Source of the DNA: Desulfobacteraceae bacterium
GTDB taxonomy: Bacteria > Desulfobacterota > Desulfobacteria > Desulfobacterales > JACKCP01
NCBI GenBank assembly: GCA_050253255.1
Contig: JBFWJK010000003.1
Span: 1 to 52,638 of the forward strand
Length of the DNA: 52,638 nt
Direction: 5' to 3'
The translations under genes were made by a program, and so were the position numbers. Shown piece by piece: positions 1-11,037 of the stretch. Position 1 is the stretch's first letter. Each line of letters starts with the position of its first letter. Below the pieces are notes generated by a model that saw nothing but the letters and a program-made list of their open reading frames with translations, made no database searches and had not been told where the DNA came from.

Positions 1-324
1 TTTATGCCATAATCTTCCTGCCACTTCTGTATTTGCCCTTATAGTAAAAGTTTAATTATGAGGTGTATAAAAATCAGCAGACCAGAGCCGGTTCATATAA
101 CTTTTGATGAAGAGACCGAATTTTATTAATCCTCAAGACTTTCATGAATAAAGATAAAAAAATCCGGCAGGAGTCCGTTAGTTACAAAAAAATTCAGTTT
201 TGGTAAACTCTGCTGACTGATTTTAGCCAGTTTTATACTTAATATTAATATCTAACACTAAATGCAGGTTCAGGTCAACGAGGCACAACAAAGAAAATTG
301 GATATTTTCTCTTTTTTTTAAAGT

Positions 325-1014
325 TTATCTTGGTTTTCTGAATTTATGATAAATTTTTTTCCTGTAGAAGATAAGAAGAAATGAAATTATGCCTGTCACT
401 GCCGCAAGAACAGCTGTGAACAGATACTCACCGTCATAAAGCATTTCACCCTGAATACTTAAGAGAAGTGTTCCGGGCATTCTTCCCAGAAAAGTAAAAA
501 GAAGAAATACAGAAAATCTTATATTCGTTATTCCAAGAAAAAGACAAAAATAATCCTTTGGAAAACCTGGAAAAAGAAACAGGGCAAACACAAAAACCTT
601 ACCTTCTTCCTCAAAAAATCTGTCAAAATTTCTAAAATATTTTTCAGGAAGAATTTTTCTGACAATATCCCTGCCTGCGTATCTTGCAAGAACAAAATTG
701 ATTACCGAGCCAAGAGTAAGAGCAAAACTTGAAATAAAAAAACCTTTCAAAGCTCCGAATATGTACCCTCCGGCAAGCCCTGAAATCTCGCCGGGAATTG
801 GAGCAAGAAGCACCTGTGCTGCCTGAACAAGAATAAATACAAACGGAGCATACATTCCATAAGATTCTATCTCACTCATCAGAAGCTGCTTATCTGACAA
901 AATTTCGATTAGAGGAATTCTGTCTTTCAAAAAATAAACCAGCGCAAACAAGCAAAAAAATATTGAAATGATTAAAAGCTTAAAAGCTGTTTTTTTAAAA
1001 AATCTGAATTGCAT
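325..1014 (-). CDS. TVP38/TMEM64 (DedA/VTT superfamily, YdjX-like) membrane protein
   Basis: 229 aa, hydrophobic; motifs 'APIPGE..GLAGGYIFG', 'GS.INF.LAR..GR' and 'LFPGFPKD'. Confidence 0.85.
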   Translation of the reverse strand: MQFRFFKKTAFKLLIISIFFCLFALVYFLKDRIPLIEILSDKQLLMSEIESYGMYAPFVFILVQAAQVLLAPIPGEISGLAGGYIFGALKGFFISSFALTLGSVINFVLARYAGRDIVRKILPEKYFRNFDRFFEEEGKVFVFALFLFPGFPKDYFCLFLGITNIRFSVFLLFTFLGRMPGTLLLSIQGEMLYDGEYLFTAVLAAVTGIISFLLIFYRKKIYHKFRKPR

Positions 1015-1107
1015 TAATGTCTGACTCCCGAAACATCTGCAAAAATTTAAAATATAAAAAAGGTTTGTCTATTTTTTTTCAATCCTGAATTAAACATCAA
1101 AAATTTT

Positions 1108-1407
1108 TTATTGATTTTTTTTAAAAAATAGAAATTTTTTCCCGGCTGTTTTTTTTTTCTTCTGATTTTCTATAGATTTCTTTCTCGCCCATCTGGAAAA
1201 AAAATCAGTATTTCCTGACTCATACGATGCATCAAGCATTTCCTCTTGTTTTTCAATACCTTTTTCTGAATCAAGAGCAGACCTTATGCATTCCTTTTTA
1301 AAGGTGCAGTTATCAATACAGTTTTCCGGGGTTTTTCTGTACCCCTCATCCGTCATTGGAAAAACAATATCAAGATCACCAAAGCATTTTGGTTTTTTAT
1401 TTTCCAT
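1108..1407 (-). CDS. Small hypothetical protein with four Cys (possible metal binding)
   Basis: 99 aa ORF overlapping the radC stop; Cys in PKCFG and C-x3-C-x5-C. Confidence 0.65.
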   Translation of the reverse strand: MENKKPKCFGDLDIVFPMTDEGYRKTPENCIDNCTFKKECIRSALDSEKGIEKQEEMLDASYESGNTDFFSRWARKKSIENQKKKKTAGKKFLFFKKNQ

Positions 1408-2152
1408 GTATCAAAACATCTCTTTCAAAATTTAAAAATTCTTCTGAAAATTTTCTGATGTAACCCTGATCTGCAAAACTGAAATACCTGTTATTTCCTA
1501 TTATAATATGCTCATGAACCTTTATGTCCATGTGAAGGCAGGCATGAACAAGCCTTCTTGTTATTGAAATATCCGAATTTGAAGGTTCAACAGAGCCTGA
1601 CGGGTGATTGTGGGCGAAAATAAGGGAGGATGCTTTTTTTTCAAGAGCTGATTTGATTATTTCTCTTGGATATACTGCACTTGAGGATATACTTCCTTCA
1701 TGAATATCTTCTATTCCTGTAATCTCATTTTTCGAATTGAGAAACAGCACCTTGAAAACTTCAATATCTTTTCCCCGCATGGAAAAATAAAGATAGTTGA
1801 ATACATCATCAGAGCAGGACACAATATCCCTTTTTTCTGTTTTACTCTTTAAATAAATTTCAGCGGCTTCTCTTACAAACAAAACAGGAAAAGCGTTATT
1901 GTCCCCAATTCCTTTTACAGATTTAAGTTCTTTTAGGGAAGCGTCAAAAACACCAGGAAGATTTTTAAATTTTTCAATAAGCTCTTTTGCAGCAGGTTTG
2001 CAGTCTTTTACAGGAGTGCCGAGTGTCAGTAAAATTTCAATTATTTCGTAGTCGTGAAAACCTGAAATGCCGGCTTCAAAAAATTTATCCCTCAGCCTTT
2101 GTCTGTGGCCTGAATTAGAATTTTTCTGCTTTTTGTTATCCGGCATTTTCAA
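1397..2152 (-). CDS. radC: RadC family JAB-domain protein
   Basis: GHRQRLR N-terminus, HhH 'VKGIG', 'VYPRE', JAB motif HNHPSG..PS.SD. Confidence 0.92.
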   Translation of the reverse strand: MKMPDNKKQKNSNSGHRQRLRDKFFEAGISGFHDYEIIEILLTLGTPVKDCKPAAKELIEKFKNLPGVFDASLKELKSVKGIGDNNAFPVLFVREAAEIYLKSKTEKRDIVSCSDDVFNYLYFSMRGKDIEVFKVLFLNSKNEITGIEDIHEGSISSSAVYPREIIKSALEKKASSLIFAHNHPSGSVEPSNSDISITRRLVHACLHMDIKVHEHIIIGNNRYFSFADQGYIRKFSEEFLNFERDVLIHGK

Positions 2153-2157
2153 CCATT

Positions 2158-3198
2158 TTACATATCAATATCAGAATCGATTTCATTTTTCAGGCTTCTT
2201 GTCATAAGCCTTACAACTGATCTGTCAGGCTTTTCGCCATTATAGAGTACATTGTATATTTCTTCACATATAGGAAGCTCAATTCCAAGATTTTTACCGA
2301 GGTTGTATACAGATTTGGCAGTTTTAATACCTTCTGCAACCATTCTCATTTCCTTTAGAATGTCATCAAGCTTTTTTCCTTCGCCAAGCTTAAACCCTAC
2401 TGTATGGTTACGGCTCAGACTTCCTGTACAGGTGAGAATGAGATCCCCCACACCTGAAAGACCTGAGAATGTATGAGGATTTGCTCCCATAGCAAGGCCG
2501 ATTCTCCTTATTTCAACAAGTCCTCTTGTAATAAGAGCCGCCCTGGCATTGAGTCCAAGCTTCATCCCGTCAACAACACCTGATGCTATTGCTATAACAT
2601 TTTTTACAGCCCCTCCGACTTCAACACCTATTGGATCTTCACTTGTATAAACCCTGAAATAAGTTGAGGCAAAAACCTTCTGAACATAGGCTGCAGTGCC
2701 GATATCTTTTGAAGCAACAGTAACAACTGTAGGTTTGAGCTCTCCGAGTTCACGGGCAAAACTCGGCCCTGAGAGAACACCGCACCTTGAAGGCTCTATT
2801 TCAAGAATTTCTTCAATTATACTGGTCATTGTTTTGTAGGTATTATTTTCTATTCCTTTGGAAGCCGAAATAAAAATCATTTCTTCCTTTAAAAAAGGCC
2901 TGATTTTTTCAAGAGTTTCTCTCATTACATGGGAAGGAACAACAAGTATGACAAGATTGCTTTCATATAAAACTTTTTCCAGATCAGTATCAGGCACAAT
3001 ATTTTTTGAAAGTCTTATTTCAGGAAGATAAATCCTGTTTTCACGTTTAGAACTGATTGAATCGAAGACATCTTCTTCATAACACCATAACTTTACCTTA
3101 AAACCCTTCACCGCCAGAAGATTTGCAAGAGAGGTACCCCAGCTTCCTGCGCCGATAACTGAGACTTTGGTATTTTTGACTTTTTCATCTATATTCAT
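2158..3198 (-). CDS. gpsA: NAD(P)H-dependent glycerol-3-phosphate dehydrogenase
   Basis: GAGSWG Rossmann motif, LSGPSFA, GGAVKNVIAIA, GDLILTC...SRN. Confidence 0.96.
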   Translation of the reverse strand: MNIDEKVKNTKVSVIGAGSWGTSLANLLAVKGFKVKLWCYEEDVFDSISSKRENRIYLPEIRLSKNIVPDTDLEKVLYESNLVILVVPSHVMRETLEKIRPFLKEEMIFISASKGIENNTYKTMTSIIEEILEIEPSRCGVLSGPSFARELGELKPTVVTVASKDIGTAAYVQKVFASTYFRVYTSEDPIGVEVGGAVKNVIAIASGVVDGMKLGLNARAALITRGLVEIRRIGLAMGANPHTFSGLSGVGDLILTCTGSLSRNHTVGFKLGEGKKLDDILKEMRMVAEGIKTAKSVYNLGKNLGIELPICEEIYNVLYNGEKPDRSVVRLMTRSLKNEIDSDIDM

Positions 3199-3407
3199 GA
3201 CATTCTTTCATTTTTTGCTTTTTCATGAATCCGGCATTTCAATCTGAGTCTGTTCTTATTGATTTTCTGGGCCGGATTCACTTTTCATAAGCCGGAGACA
3301 AAATAAAGTTTCTGCCTCCGGTTCCGGATCTGCCCAAAAGTTACCCTAAAATAACACCATAATTTTCAAGTTCAACTTTTAACATCACTTCAAGCAAAAA
3401 ACCGTGT

Positions 3408-5891
3408 TTATTCCTCATCGGTCAAATCTGAATCCTGATTGTCCGTATCCTGTTCTTCGTCCGGATCTTCTTCTTTTTCATCAATTCTTGCGGCACCTAT
3501 AAGCTTTTCATCTTCAGAAAGATTTATAAGTCTAACCCCGAGGGTATTTCTTCCAACAGACGAAATATCAGAGGCAGACATTCTTATGAGTTTTCCTCTG
3601 TCAGAAATGAGCATAATCTCATCATTTTCATCCAGAAGAAGCATATCGACCACGTTTCCGTTTCTTCCAGAAGTCTTGATATTGATTACGCCTTTCCCTC
3701 CTCTGTGTCTCAATGGATAGGCCTCAAAAGATGTTTTCTTCCCATAGCCTAATTCTGTTGCCGCAAAAACAGTCTTGTCATCGCTTTCAGAGACCCCGAC
3801 TCCCACAATAGAATCATCTTCTTCCATGCGAAGACCTATAACACCGCGCGATACCCTTCCTGTAGGTCTTACATCGCTTTCCTTAAAACGGATCACTTTT
3901 CCGTTTTTTGATCCAAGGAAAACATCCTTTTCTCCGTTAGTCATTCTTACAGCAATAAGTTCATCGTTTTCTCCAAGATCAAGAGCAATTATGCCCCCTG
4001 CTCTCGGCCTGGAGTAAGCCATAAGATCTGTTTTTTTGACATATCCGTTTTTGGTTGCCATGAGAAGATAGTGGTCTTTTTCAAAAGAGGAAACATTTAA
4101 AATTGTGGCAAGCTCTTCACCTTCCTGAAGATCCAGAAAGTTGACAAGTGCCTTTCCCTTTCCTGAACGCTGCGCCTCCGGGAGTTCATAGACCTTTGAC
4201 CAGTAAACCTTGCCGAAATTAGTAAAAAACAGAAACATGTCATGTGTGGAGGCTACAAAAAGATGGGCAATAAAATCCTCGTCCCTTACAGACATTGCAA
4301 TCTTTCCCTTTCCTCCCCTTTTCTGGCTCTGATATGTTGAAAGGGGTGTACGCTTGATATAGCCTGTTCTTGTAACAGTAACAACCATATCTTCCCTTGC
4401 GATAAGATCTTCAATGTCAATATCTGCTGTTGAAGCAACAATACGGGTTCTTCTTTCATCACCGAATTCTGTTTTAACCTGGGATATTTCATCCTTTATG
4501 ATCTGGTAGACAAGAGGTTCCTCTGTAAGAATCCTTCTGTACCACGCAATATCTTTGAGCAGAGCCTGATATTCCTCTTCAATTTTACCTCTTTCAAGCC
4601 CGGTAAGCCTTTGAAGTCTCATATCAAGGATTGCCTGTGCCTGTTTTTCTGAAAGAGAAAATCTCTCAATCAGCCCGGCTTTTGCGTCTTCGGGTGAATT
4701 TGCCGCACGGATAAGAGCAACCACTTCGTCAATATTATCAAGAGCAATCTTAAGACCTTCAAGAATATGAGCTCTTGCCTCGGCTTTTTTAAGATCGAAC
4801 TTGGTTCTTCTTATAACAACTTCTCTTCTGTGGCGCACAAAATGAGACAGGATTTCCTTAATGTTCATCTGCTCAGGTTTTCTGTCCACAACAGCAAGGA
4901 AATTTATACCAAAGCTTATTTCAAACTGAGTGTGTTTATAGAGCTGATTTTTTACAACTTCCGGGATTGCATCTTTTTTAAGAGCAACGGCAACCCTTAT
5001 ACCGTCCTTGTCAGATTCGTCCCTTACATATCTTATGCCTTCAATAACCTTGTCTCTCTGAAGTTCGGCTATTTTTTCAATAAGCCTTGCCTTGTTGACC
5101 TGATACGGAATTTCGTTTGAGACAAGAACTGTCCCTGAGCCGTCTTTTTCCTCAAAAATTTCAGAACGGACCTTTATGATTCCGCGTCCTGTATGATAAG
5201 CATCACGAATTCCGTTTACTCCGTAAATAATACCTCCGGTAGGAAAATCAGGCCCTGGAATTATCTCCATAATTTCGTCTATTGTAATTTCAGGGTTATC
5301 TATCAGAGCAACAAGAGCATCCGAAACTTCTGTAAGATTATGAGGCGGAATATTTGTAGCCATACCGACCGCAATCCCTGAAGAGCCGTTTACAAGAAGA
5401 GCAGGCATTCTTGTGGGCATTACAACCGGTTCATAAATAGATTCGTCGTAGTTCGGAATAAAATCTACTGTTTCCTTTTCAAGATCAGCCAGAATTTCAT
5501 GGGATATCTTTTTCATTCTCACTTCTGTATAACGCATGGCAGCAGGTGAGTCTCCGTCAATGGAGCCGAAGTTTCCCTGACCGTCCACAAGAGGATATCT
5601 CATGGCAAAATTCTGTGCCATTCTAACTATTGCATCATATACAGCAGAATCACCGTGGGGATGAAATTTACCGATAACTTCTCCGACAATTCTCGCTGAT
5701 TTTTTATACGGCTTGTTATAATCGTTTTTCTGTTCATGCATACCAAAGAGAATTCGCCTGTGAACAGGCTTCAGGCCGTCTCTTACGTCAGGAAGAGCTC
5801 GTCCTATGATAACGCTCATTGCGTAATCCAGGTATGACTGCTGCATTTCCTTTTCTATACTGATTCCAGAACTTTTTTGTTCTTCAGACAT
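3408..5891 (-). CDS. gyrA: DNA gyrase subunit A
   Basis: [32 protein letters not shown] catalytic Tyr, GyrA-box QKRGGKG, acidic tail. Confidence 0.98.
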   Translation of the reverse strand: MSEEQKSSGISIEKEMQQSYLDYAMSVIIGRALPDVRDGLKPVHRRILFGMHEQKNDYNKPYKKSARIVGEVIGKFHPHGDSAVYDAIVRMAQNFAMRYPLVDGQGNFGSIDGDSPAAMRYTEVRMKKISHEILADLEKETVDFIPNYDESIYEPVVMPTRMPALLVNGSSGIAVGMATNIPPHNLTEVSDALVALIDNPEITIDEIMEIIPGPDFPTGGIIYGVNGIRDAYHTGRGIIKVRSEIFEEKDGSGTVLVSNEIPYQVNKARLIEKIAELQRDKVIEGIRYVRDESDKDGIRVAVALKKDAIPEVVKNQLYKHTQFEISFGINFLAVVDRKPEQMNIKEILSHFVRHRREVVIRRTKFDLKKAEARAHILEGLKIALDNIDEVVALIRAANSPEDAKAGLIERFSLSEKQAQAILDMRLQRLTGLERGKIEEEYQALLKDIAWYRRILTEEPLVYQIIKDEISQVKTEFGDERRTRIVASTADIDIEDLIAREDMVVTVTRTGYIKRTPLSTYQSQKRGGKGKIAMSVRDEDFIAHLFVASTHDMFLFFTNFGKVYWSKVYELPEAQRSGKGKALVNFLDLQEGEELATILNVSSFEKDHYLLMATKNGYVKKTDLMAYSRPRAGGIIALDLGENDELIAVRMTNGEKDVFLGSKNGKVIRFKESDVRPTGRVSRGVIGLRMEEDDSIVGVGVSESDDKTVFAATELGYGKKTSFEAYPLRHRGGKGVINIKTSGRNGNVVDMLLLDENDEIMLISDRGKLIRMSASDISSVGRNTLGVRLINLSEDEKLIGAARIDEKEEDPDEEQDTDNQDSDLTDEE

Positions 5892-5979
5892 ATCACAACC
5901 TTACTTATAAAATTTGAAAAAAGCCTCAGTATTATTCAAACAAGGCATAACCTTATTAATATACATTTCATTCAGTGTT

Positions 5980-7026
5980 TTATTCAACCATTTTCTGGTA
6001 TTTTTTATGGTAAATATCAGATAAAGTAAAAAAGAATGTAACAATAAGAGGGCCGTATATTATTCCCAGCACTCCAAAAAGCTTGAGCCCTCCGATTATA
6101 GCGAGAAAAACAAGAAGAGGATGCATTTTAACCCTGTCGCCTACAAGTTTTGGCTTGAAATAATATTCTGTGAAAAGAGAAGCTACCGTATAAAATACAA
6201 CTGTGGTTATTCCAAGGAAGATTTTCCCCTTCAGAAAAAGAAAAACAGCCACAGGAAACATCACAACACCGATTCCAACAATAGGAAGAAACGCCAGAAT
6301 ACCCATCACCACCCCCCAAAGAAAAGGAGAAGATATACCAATAAGCTTAAAGTAGATACCTCCGGCAACCCCCTGAATTACACCTGCTATTCCGTTGACA
6401 ATAAGAATTGCTCCTGCCATTTCCCTGAATTTTGTTATTATGGTTTCATCTTCTTCTCTTGGAAGAGGAGAAAGATAAATCAGGTAATCAATAACTTTTC
6501 TTCCATCCACCAGAAGAAAAAAGAGTACAATTAAGAGCATAAAAAAGCTTACTGTGAGCTTCAAAATATTGGAGGCCACCATACTTGCCTGGTCAAAAAG
6601 GGTCTTTCCGAGAAACTTGCCAAGCTCTGCAAACGGGGCAATAAGATCATCTCTTGTAACTTCAAGATCAAATTTCGACAGAAGCATATTTAATTTTTCA
6701 AGCTGCTCACTTGAAACAATAGACATAATTTCATCCCTAAGAACAGCTCCTCTTGCAACAAGATAAAGAGAATATGCTTCCTTTGAAACTATTCCGGCAA
6801 AAACAGTTACAATAAACCCTGTAATCACAAAAACAATAAAACATATAACCATTGCAGACGGAACAGGTTTAATTTTTGAGGAAAGCTTTACGTGAAGCGG
6901 ATAAAGAAATGCAGCAAATACGGCTGCAATGAAAAGAATGGAGACAAAAGGCCATAAAAGTCTTCCCATCAGAACCAGGGATACAAGAAAAAGAACAAGA
7001 AAATATTTCAATATTGAAGGTTTCAA
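5980..7026 (-). CDS. AI-2E family (PerM/TqsA) transporter
   Basis: 348 aa multi-TM; C-terminal 'KPKLVG...MHPLLVFLAIIGGL.LFGVLGIIYGP' signature. Confidence 0.9.
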   Translation of the reverse strand: MKPSILKYFLVLFLVSLVLMGRLLWPFVSILFIAAVFAAFLYPLHVKLSSKIKPVPSAMVICFIVFVITGFIVTVFAGIVSKEAYSLYLVARGAVLRDEIMSIVSSEQLEKLNMLLSKFDLEVTRDDLIAPFAELGKFLGKTLFDQASMVASNILKLTVSFFMLLIVLFFLLVDGRKVIDYLIYLSPLPREEDETIITKFREMAGAILIVNGIAGVIQGVAGGIYFKLIGISSPFLWGVVMGILAFLPIVGIGVVMFPVAVFLFLKGKIFLGITTVVFYTVASLFTEYYFKPKLVGDRVKMHPLLVFLAIIGGLKLFGVLGIIYGPLIVTFFFTLSDIYHKKYQKMVE

Positions 7027-7312
7027 TCTAAGAACTCCTTTTTATGATGAAAAGGAAACACTGAATAACCGGGGCTGCCAAAAGACAGAAAAAACCGATC
7101 AGATAAAAAAGAAAATTCATTTTTCCAAAAAACTCCTGAACCTGACTCAAAATTCAATCCAGAAAATACATAAGTATTCTGCAGGGTAAATTTTCAGATG
7201 CGGCTCTGCAAAAACAAAGTTTCCGGCAAATCAAAAAATACAGTTTCAAAACTCCGGCAGAGAACTAAAATTATTATCCTTCAATTAACATTTTTTTTCA
7301 TGCAAATGAATA

Positions 7313-7342
7313 AAAACTGCCTTTAAATTTCTTTAAAGGCAG
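7313..7342 (-). terminator. Intrinsic terminator of the thiolase gene
   Basis: CTGCCTTTAAA-N4-TTTAAAGGCAG stem followed by a T-run on the minus strand, just downstream of the thiolase stop. Confidence 0.75.
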
Positions 7343-7368
7343 CTTAATAAAAAAATATTTAACTTTTA

Positions 7369-8655
7369 TTACTTGTCAACAACCATTGCCATACCCATAC
7401 CACCGCCGATACACATGGAAACAAGGCCTGTATTCCAGTTGTTTCTCTTCATTCCATGGATAAGGGTAACCATCTGTCTTGCACCTGTACATCCGATCGG
7501 ATGACCTATTGAAATACCGCTTCCGAACTGATTTGGCTTTTCAGTATCTATTCCAAGCTCGATCATACAGCCGATTGCCTGAGCTGCAAAAGCTTCGTTA
7601 AGCTCTATCATGTCTATAGAGTTTACATCCATTCCTGTTTTTTTCATGAGCTTTCTTATTGCAGGAACAGGTCCAAGCCCCATATAGGCAGGGTCCATTG
7701 CACCTGAAGAAAATCCTTTGATTACTGCAAGAGGCTCTAGTCCGAGTTCTTTTGCCTTTTCAGCAGACATCAGAAGAACCGAAGCTGCACCGTCGTTTAT
7801 ACCTGAAGCGTTTCCTGCTGTAACAGAACCGTCTTTCTTGAAGGCAGGCTTCATCTTGCCCATTTTTTCCATATCTGTTTCCATAGGGCGCTCATCTGTA
7901 TCAACTACAATGTCGCCTTTTCTGGATTTCATTACAACCGGTACAATCTCTTCCTTGAAAAGGCCTGTCTTAACTGCGTTTAAAGCTCTGTTGTGACTTA
8001 GAACAGCAAGCTCATCCTGTGCTTTTCTGGAGATATCATATTTTGCAACAATATTTTCAGCAGTAATACCCATGTGGTATCCGTAAAAGATTTCGTAAAG
8101 CCCGTCATAAACCATGAGGTCATGAACTTTTCCAACCCCTGTAAGCTCCATTCTGTGTCCCCATCTTGCATCGAGAAGAGCCATGGCGGTATTGCTCATG
8201 CTTTCCATACCTCCGGCAAGAACAACATCAGATTCTCCTGTCATGATTGCCTGAGCACCGAGTGCAATTGCCTTGAGACCTGATCCGCAAACTTTATTTA
8301 CAGTAAAAGCAGGGGTTTCCTTTGACATACCGGCTGCAATCATTGCCTGCCTTGTGGGGTTCTGACCAAGCCCTGCTGTAAGAACACATCCCATTATAAC
8401 TTCGTCAACTGCCAGAGGAGTCAGCGAATCATCATAGTCATAACCTGTTTTTTCAAGATCTATCTGTCCCTGATCCTTAAGTGAGTCAGGGTAAATTTCT
8501 TTCATTTCAGCTGAGGGAGCAGGTCTTACACCAGCCTTTTTAAGAGTCTCCTTCATTACAGTTTTGCCAAGTTCAATCACAGAAGCGTTTTTTAAAGATC
8601 CCCCGAAACTTCCGACAGCTGTTCTTGAACCGCTGACTATTACAACATCTCTCAT
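7369..8655 (-). CDS. Acetyl-CoA C-acetyltransferase (thiolase)
   Basis: NKVCGSG, NEAFA, GHPIGCTG and CIGGGMG catalytic motifs. Confidence 0.96.
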   Translation of the reverse strand: MRDVVIVSGSRTAVGSFGGSLKNASVIELGKTVMKETLKKAGVRPAPSAEMKEIYPDSLKDQGQIDLEKTGYDYDDSLTPLAVDEVIMGCVLTAGLGQNPTRQAMIAAGMSKETPAFTVNKVCGSGLKAIALGAQAIMTGESDVVLAGGMESMSNTAMALLDARWGHRMELTGVGKVHDLMVYDGLYEIFYGYHMGITAENIVAKYDISRKAQDELAVLSHNRALNAVKTGLFKEEIVPVVMKSRKGDIVVDTDERPMETDMEKMGKMKPAFKKDGSVTAGNASGINDGAASVLLMSAEKAKELGLEPLAVIKGFSSGAMDPAYMGLGPVPAIRKLMKKTGMDVNSIDMIELNEAFAAQAIGCMIELGIDTEKPNQFGSGISIGHPIGCTGARQMVTLIHGMKRNNWNTGLVSMCIGGGMGMAMVVDK

Positions 8656-8734
8656 GGACTTCCTCCTTATCGATTTTTTAAAATAATATTTAAAACTTTA
8701 TAGTTGACACTCACCGAAATTTAATTATAGACGC

Positions 8735-8763
8735 AGATTAGCCGTATTAAAAGTGAAAGTCAA
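8735..8763 (-). promoter_or_regulatory. Putative sigma70 promoter of the thiolase gene
   Basis: Minus strand TTGACT-17 nt-TAATCT about 80 nt upstream of the ATG. Confidence 0.5.
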
Positions 8764-8813
8764 TAATCTGGTTAAACAGATTAAACCTACAATAAACACT
8801 GTGTGCAAAGAAA

Positions 8814-9569
8814 ATGTGTCTGATTATTTTTTCGTTCCGCCAAAATAAGAATTATCCGCTCATCATTGCGGCAAACCGCGATGAATTTTACAAAAGAGAA
8901 ACAAAAACTCTTGATGTAACTGATGAAAATCCCCTTGTAATTTCAGGAAAAGACCTTGAATCGGGAGGAACATGGATGGGTGTAAACAGAAAAACAAAAA
9001 AGTTTGCAGCAGTTACAAATTACAGAGATCCTTCAAAAAACAAAACCAATGCAAAATCAAGGGGAATAATTGTAAGCTCTTTTTTAAATGAGAATGAAAA
9101 CCCTCTCCGCTTTCTTGAAAACCTGAAAAAGGAAAAAGACCTTTACAATGGTTTTAATTTTATTCTTGGAAATACTGAAGAAATCTACCATTATTCAAAC
9201 ATCACAGATGAAATAACAAAAATTGGGTCAGGACTTCACGGAGTAAGCAATCACCTTTTAAATACTCCCTGGCCTAAAGTTGTAAAAGCAAAAAACCTGT
9301 TACAAAAATCTTTTGAATCTGAGAATATAGTTGAATCAAGCCTTGAAATGCTCAAAAACGATGAAATTTTTGATGATGAAAAACTTCCCCAAACCGGAAT
9401 GGGACTTGAATGGGAAAGGCTTTTGTCACCTGTTTTTGTTAAAAGTGAAATTTACGGTACAAGATCTTCTTCTGTTCTTTTAATAGATAAAAACGGAAAA
9501 ATCCGTTTCAGGGAAAGGGCTTATCTTGAAAAAGGACTTGTAAAGGACACCGATTTTTTTATTTCCTGA
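8814..9569 (+). CDS. NRDE/TANGO2 family protein
   Basis: MCLI N-terminus, AANRDEF, GGTWMG, YGTRSS. Confidence 0.93.
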   Translation: MCLIIFSFRQNKNYPLIIAANRDEFYKRETKTLDVTDENPLVISGKDLESGGTWMGVNRKTKKFAAVTNYRDPSKNKTNAKSRGIIVSSFLNENENPLRFLENLKKEKDLYNGFNFILGNTEEIYHYSNITDEITKIGSGLHGVSNHLLNTPWPKVVKAKNLLQKSFESENIVESSLEMLKNDEIFDDEKLPQTGMGLEWERLLSPVFVKSEIYGTRSSSVLLIDKNGKIRFRERAYLEKGLVKDTDFFIS

Positions 9570-9575
9570 AAAGCA

Positions 9576-9603
9576 GGAGCCGCATCGGCATGACTGCGGC
9601 TCC
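9576..9603. terminator. Hairpin/terminator between convergent NRDE and rsgA genes
   Basis: GGAGCCGCA-N10-TGCGGCTCC perfect 9-bp stem. Confidence 0.6.
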
Positions 9604-9611
9604 AGAAGATT

Positions 9612-10652
9612 TTATTTTTTCATTTTCCTTATTTTTTTATGAATATCCTTCCATTTTTCCTTTTCAATACGATCAAAGGACTTTGACTGTCTGTCCTTTA
9701 TAAATTTTTCCTCAAGACTTAATTTTCTGTAATTTTTAAGCCTTTTAAGATCAAGCTCTCCAGACCTGACAGCATTTAACACAGCACATCCAGGCTCATT
9801 TTCATGGGTGCAGTTTCTGAACCTGCATTTTTGCTCGAGAGCTTTAATATCTGCAAAAGTTCTTGTTACGCCTTCATTTCCTTCAGCAAGAGAAATTTCT
9901 CTTATGCCGGGATTGTCAATAATCATTGCTCCTGATTCAAGAACAATTAAGTCCCTTGTGGTTGTGGTGTGTCTCCCTTTACCCGAAAAACTGCTTATTT
10001 CACTGGTTTTTCTTTTTTCAAATCCGCAAATAGAATTTATTATGGATGATTTCCCGGCACCTGAAGAGCCGATAAGAGCACAGGTATCAAAAGGTTTCAT
10101 GTAGTTTTTTATAAGATCAGTTCCGGTATTTTCCTTTGCGGAAACAGCAAAAACCTCTACACCCGGAACAGACATTTCCACTTCCGATACTGTTTCAGAC
10201 AGATCATCACAAAGATCACACTTGTTCAAAATTATTACAGGCTTTATTGAGCAGCTGTATACAAGCGCACAATATCTTTCAAGCCTTCTTGGATTAAAGT
10301 CATTGTCAAGGCCTCCAACAACAAAGACATAGTCAAGGTTTGATGCAATAACCTGCTCTTTCTGGCCAAAATTGTCTTTTTTATTATTTTTGCCGGAACT
10401 TCCTCTGATAAGAGAATTTTTTCTTTCAAAAACTCTGACTATTGTTTGATCTGATACTTCAACAAAATCACCTGCAGCAGGATAAATACCCTGATTTAGA
10501 AGACGTCCTGCCGGTTTTGCATAAATTTCTTTTTTTCCGTTTGACGAAAGATAAATATTTCTTCCGGATGATACTATCCTGAATATATTTGAAGTGTCTG
10601 TATCTGAATCTGTATTGTAAAATCTGCCAAATCCCATTGGTTTAATAGACAT
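9612..10652 (-). CDS. rsgA: Ribosome small subunit-dependent GTPase A (RsgA, probably a second paralog)
   Basis: Circularly permuted GTPase: NKCD, GSSGAGKSS, GRHTTT, DNPG, Zn finger CRFRNCTHENEPGC. Start moved to ATG 10652, which has RBS CAGGAG. Confidence 0.92.
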   Translation of the reverse strand: MSIKPMGFGRFYNTDSDTDTSNIFRIVSSGRNIYLSSNGKKEIYAKPAGRLLNQGIYPAAGDFVEVSDQTIVRVFERKNSLIRGSSGKNNKKDNFGQKEQVIASNLDYVFVVGGLDNDFNPRRLERYCALVYSCSIKPVIILNKCDLCDDLSETVSEVEMSVPGVEVFAVSAKENTGTDLIKNYMKPFDTCALIGSSGAGKSSIINSICGFEKRKTSEISSFSGKGRHTTTTRDLIVLESGAMIIDNPGIREISLAEGNEGVTRTFADIKALEQKCRFRNCTHENEPGCAVLNAVRSGELDLKRLKNYRKLSLEEKFIKDRQSKSFDRIEKEKWKDIHKKIRKMKK

Positions 10653-11037
10653 TGTTTTATTCTCCTGAAAACAGCGGCTGTTAAACAAAGCTTAAAACAG
10701 CCTGATTCAATAAACAGCAGTTGACTGAAAAATATATATTTTCGTTCTGCCGATAAATAAATTAATATGATCAGTTTACAATGGAATGCCGCTTAAAAAG
10801 GGGGAATTAACTTTTCAGGATATAAAAACTTATAATAAAACCTAAACCAGAGGTTAGATATTTTTAAAATAAAAAAACCAGCCCTTTACTAAGCAGCTTT
10901 AAAAACAATCTCTTTTTTGGGATTAAACATAAAAACTTTCCTTAATTTTTAACTGAATTGAACTTTTCATAATTTCAAGCTCAGACAATAAATCTAAAAA
11001 AAGTCTGAAAAAGTCAAATAAATTTTTCTTTAAAAAA

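Noticed and set aside
70-224. Imperfect inverted repeat AAAATCAG...CAGAG / CTCTG...CTGATTTT
   Set aside because: Too short and gapped to support a MITE or ncRNA call
1397-2152. radC as a marker of a mobile element or defence island
   Set aside because: Full-length HhH plus JAB form in a housekeeping context (gyrA-gpsA), with no integrase or transposase nearby
6929-7189. 86-aa plus-strand ORF
   Set aside because: Overlaps the AI-2E gene antisense, low complexity, no support
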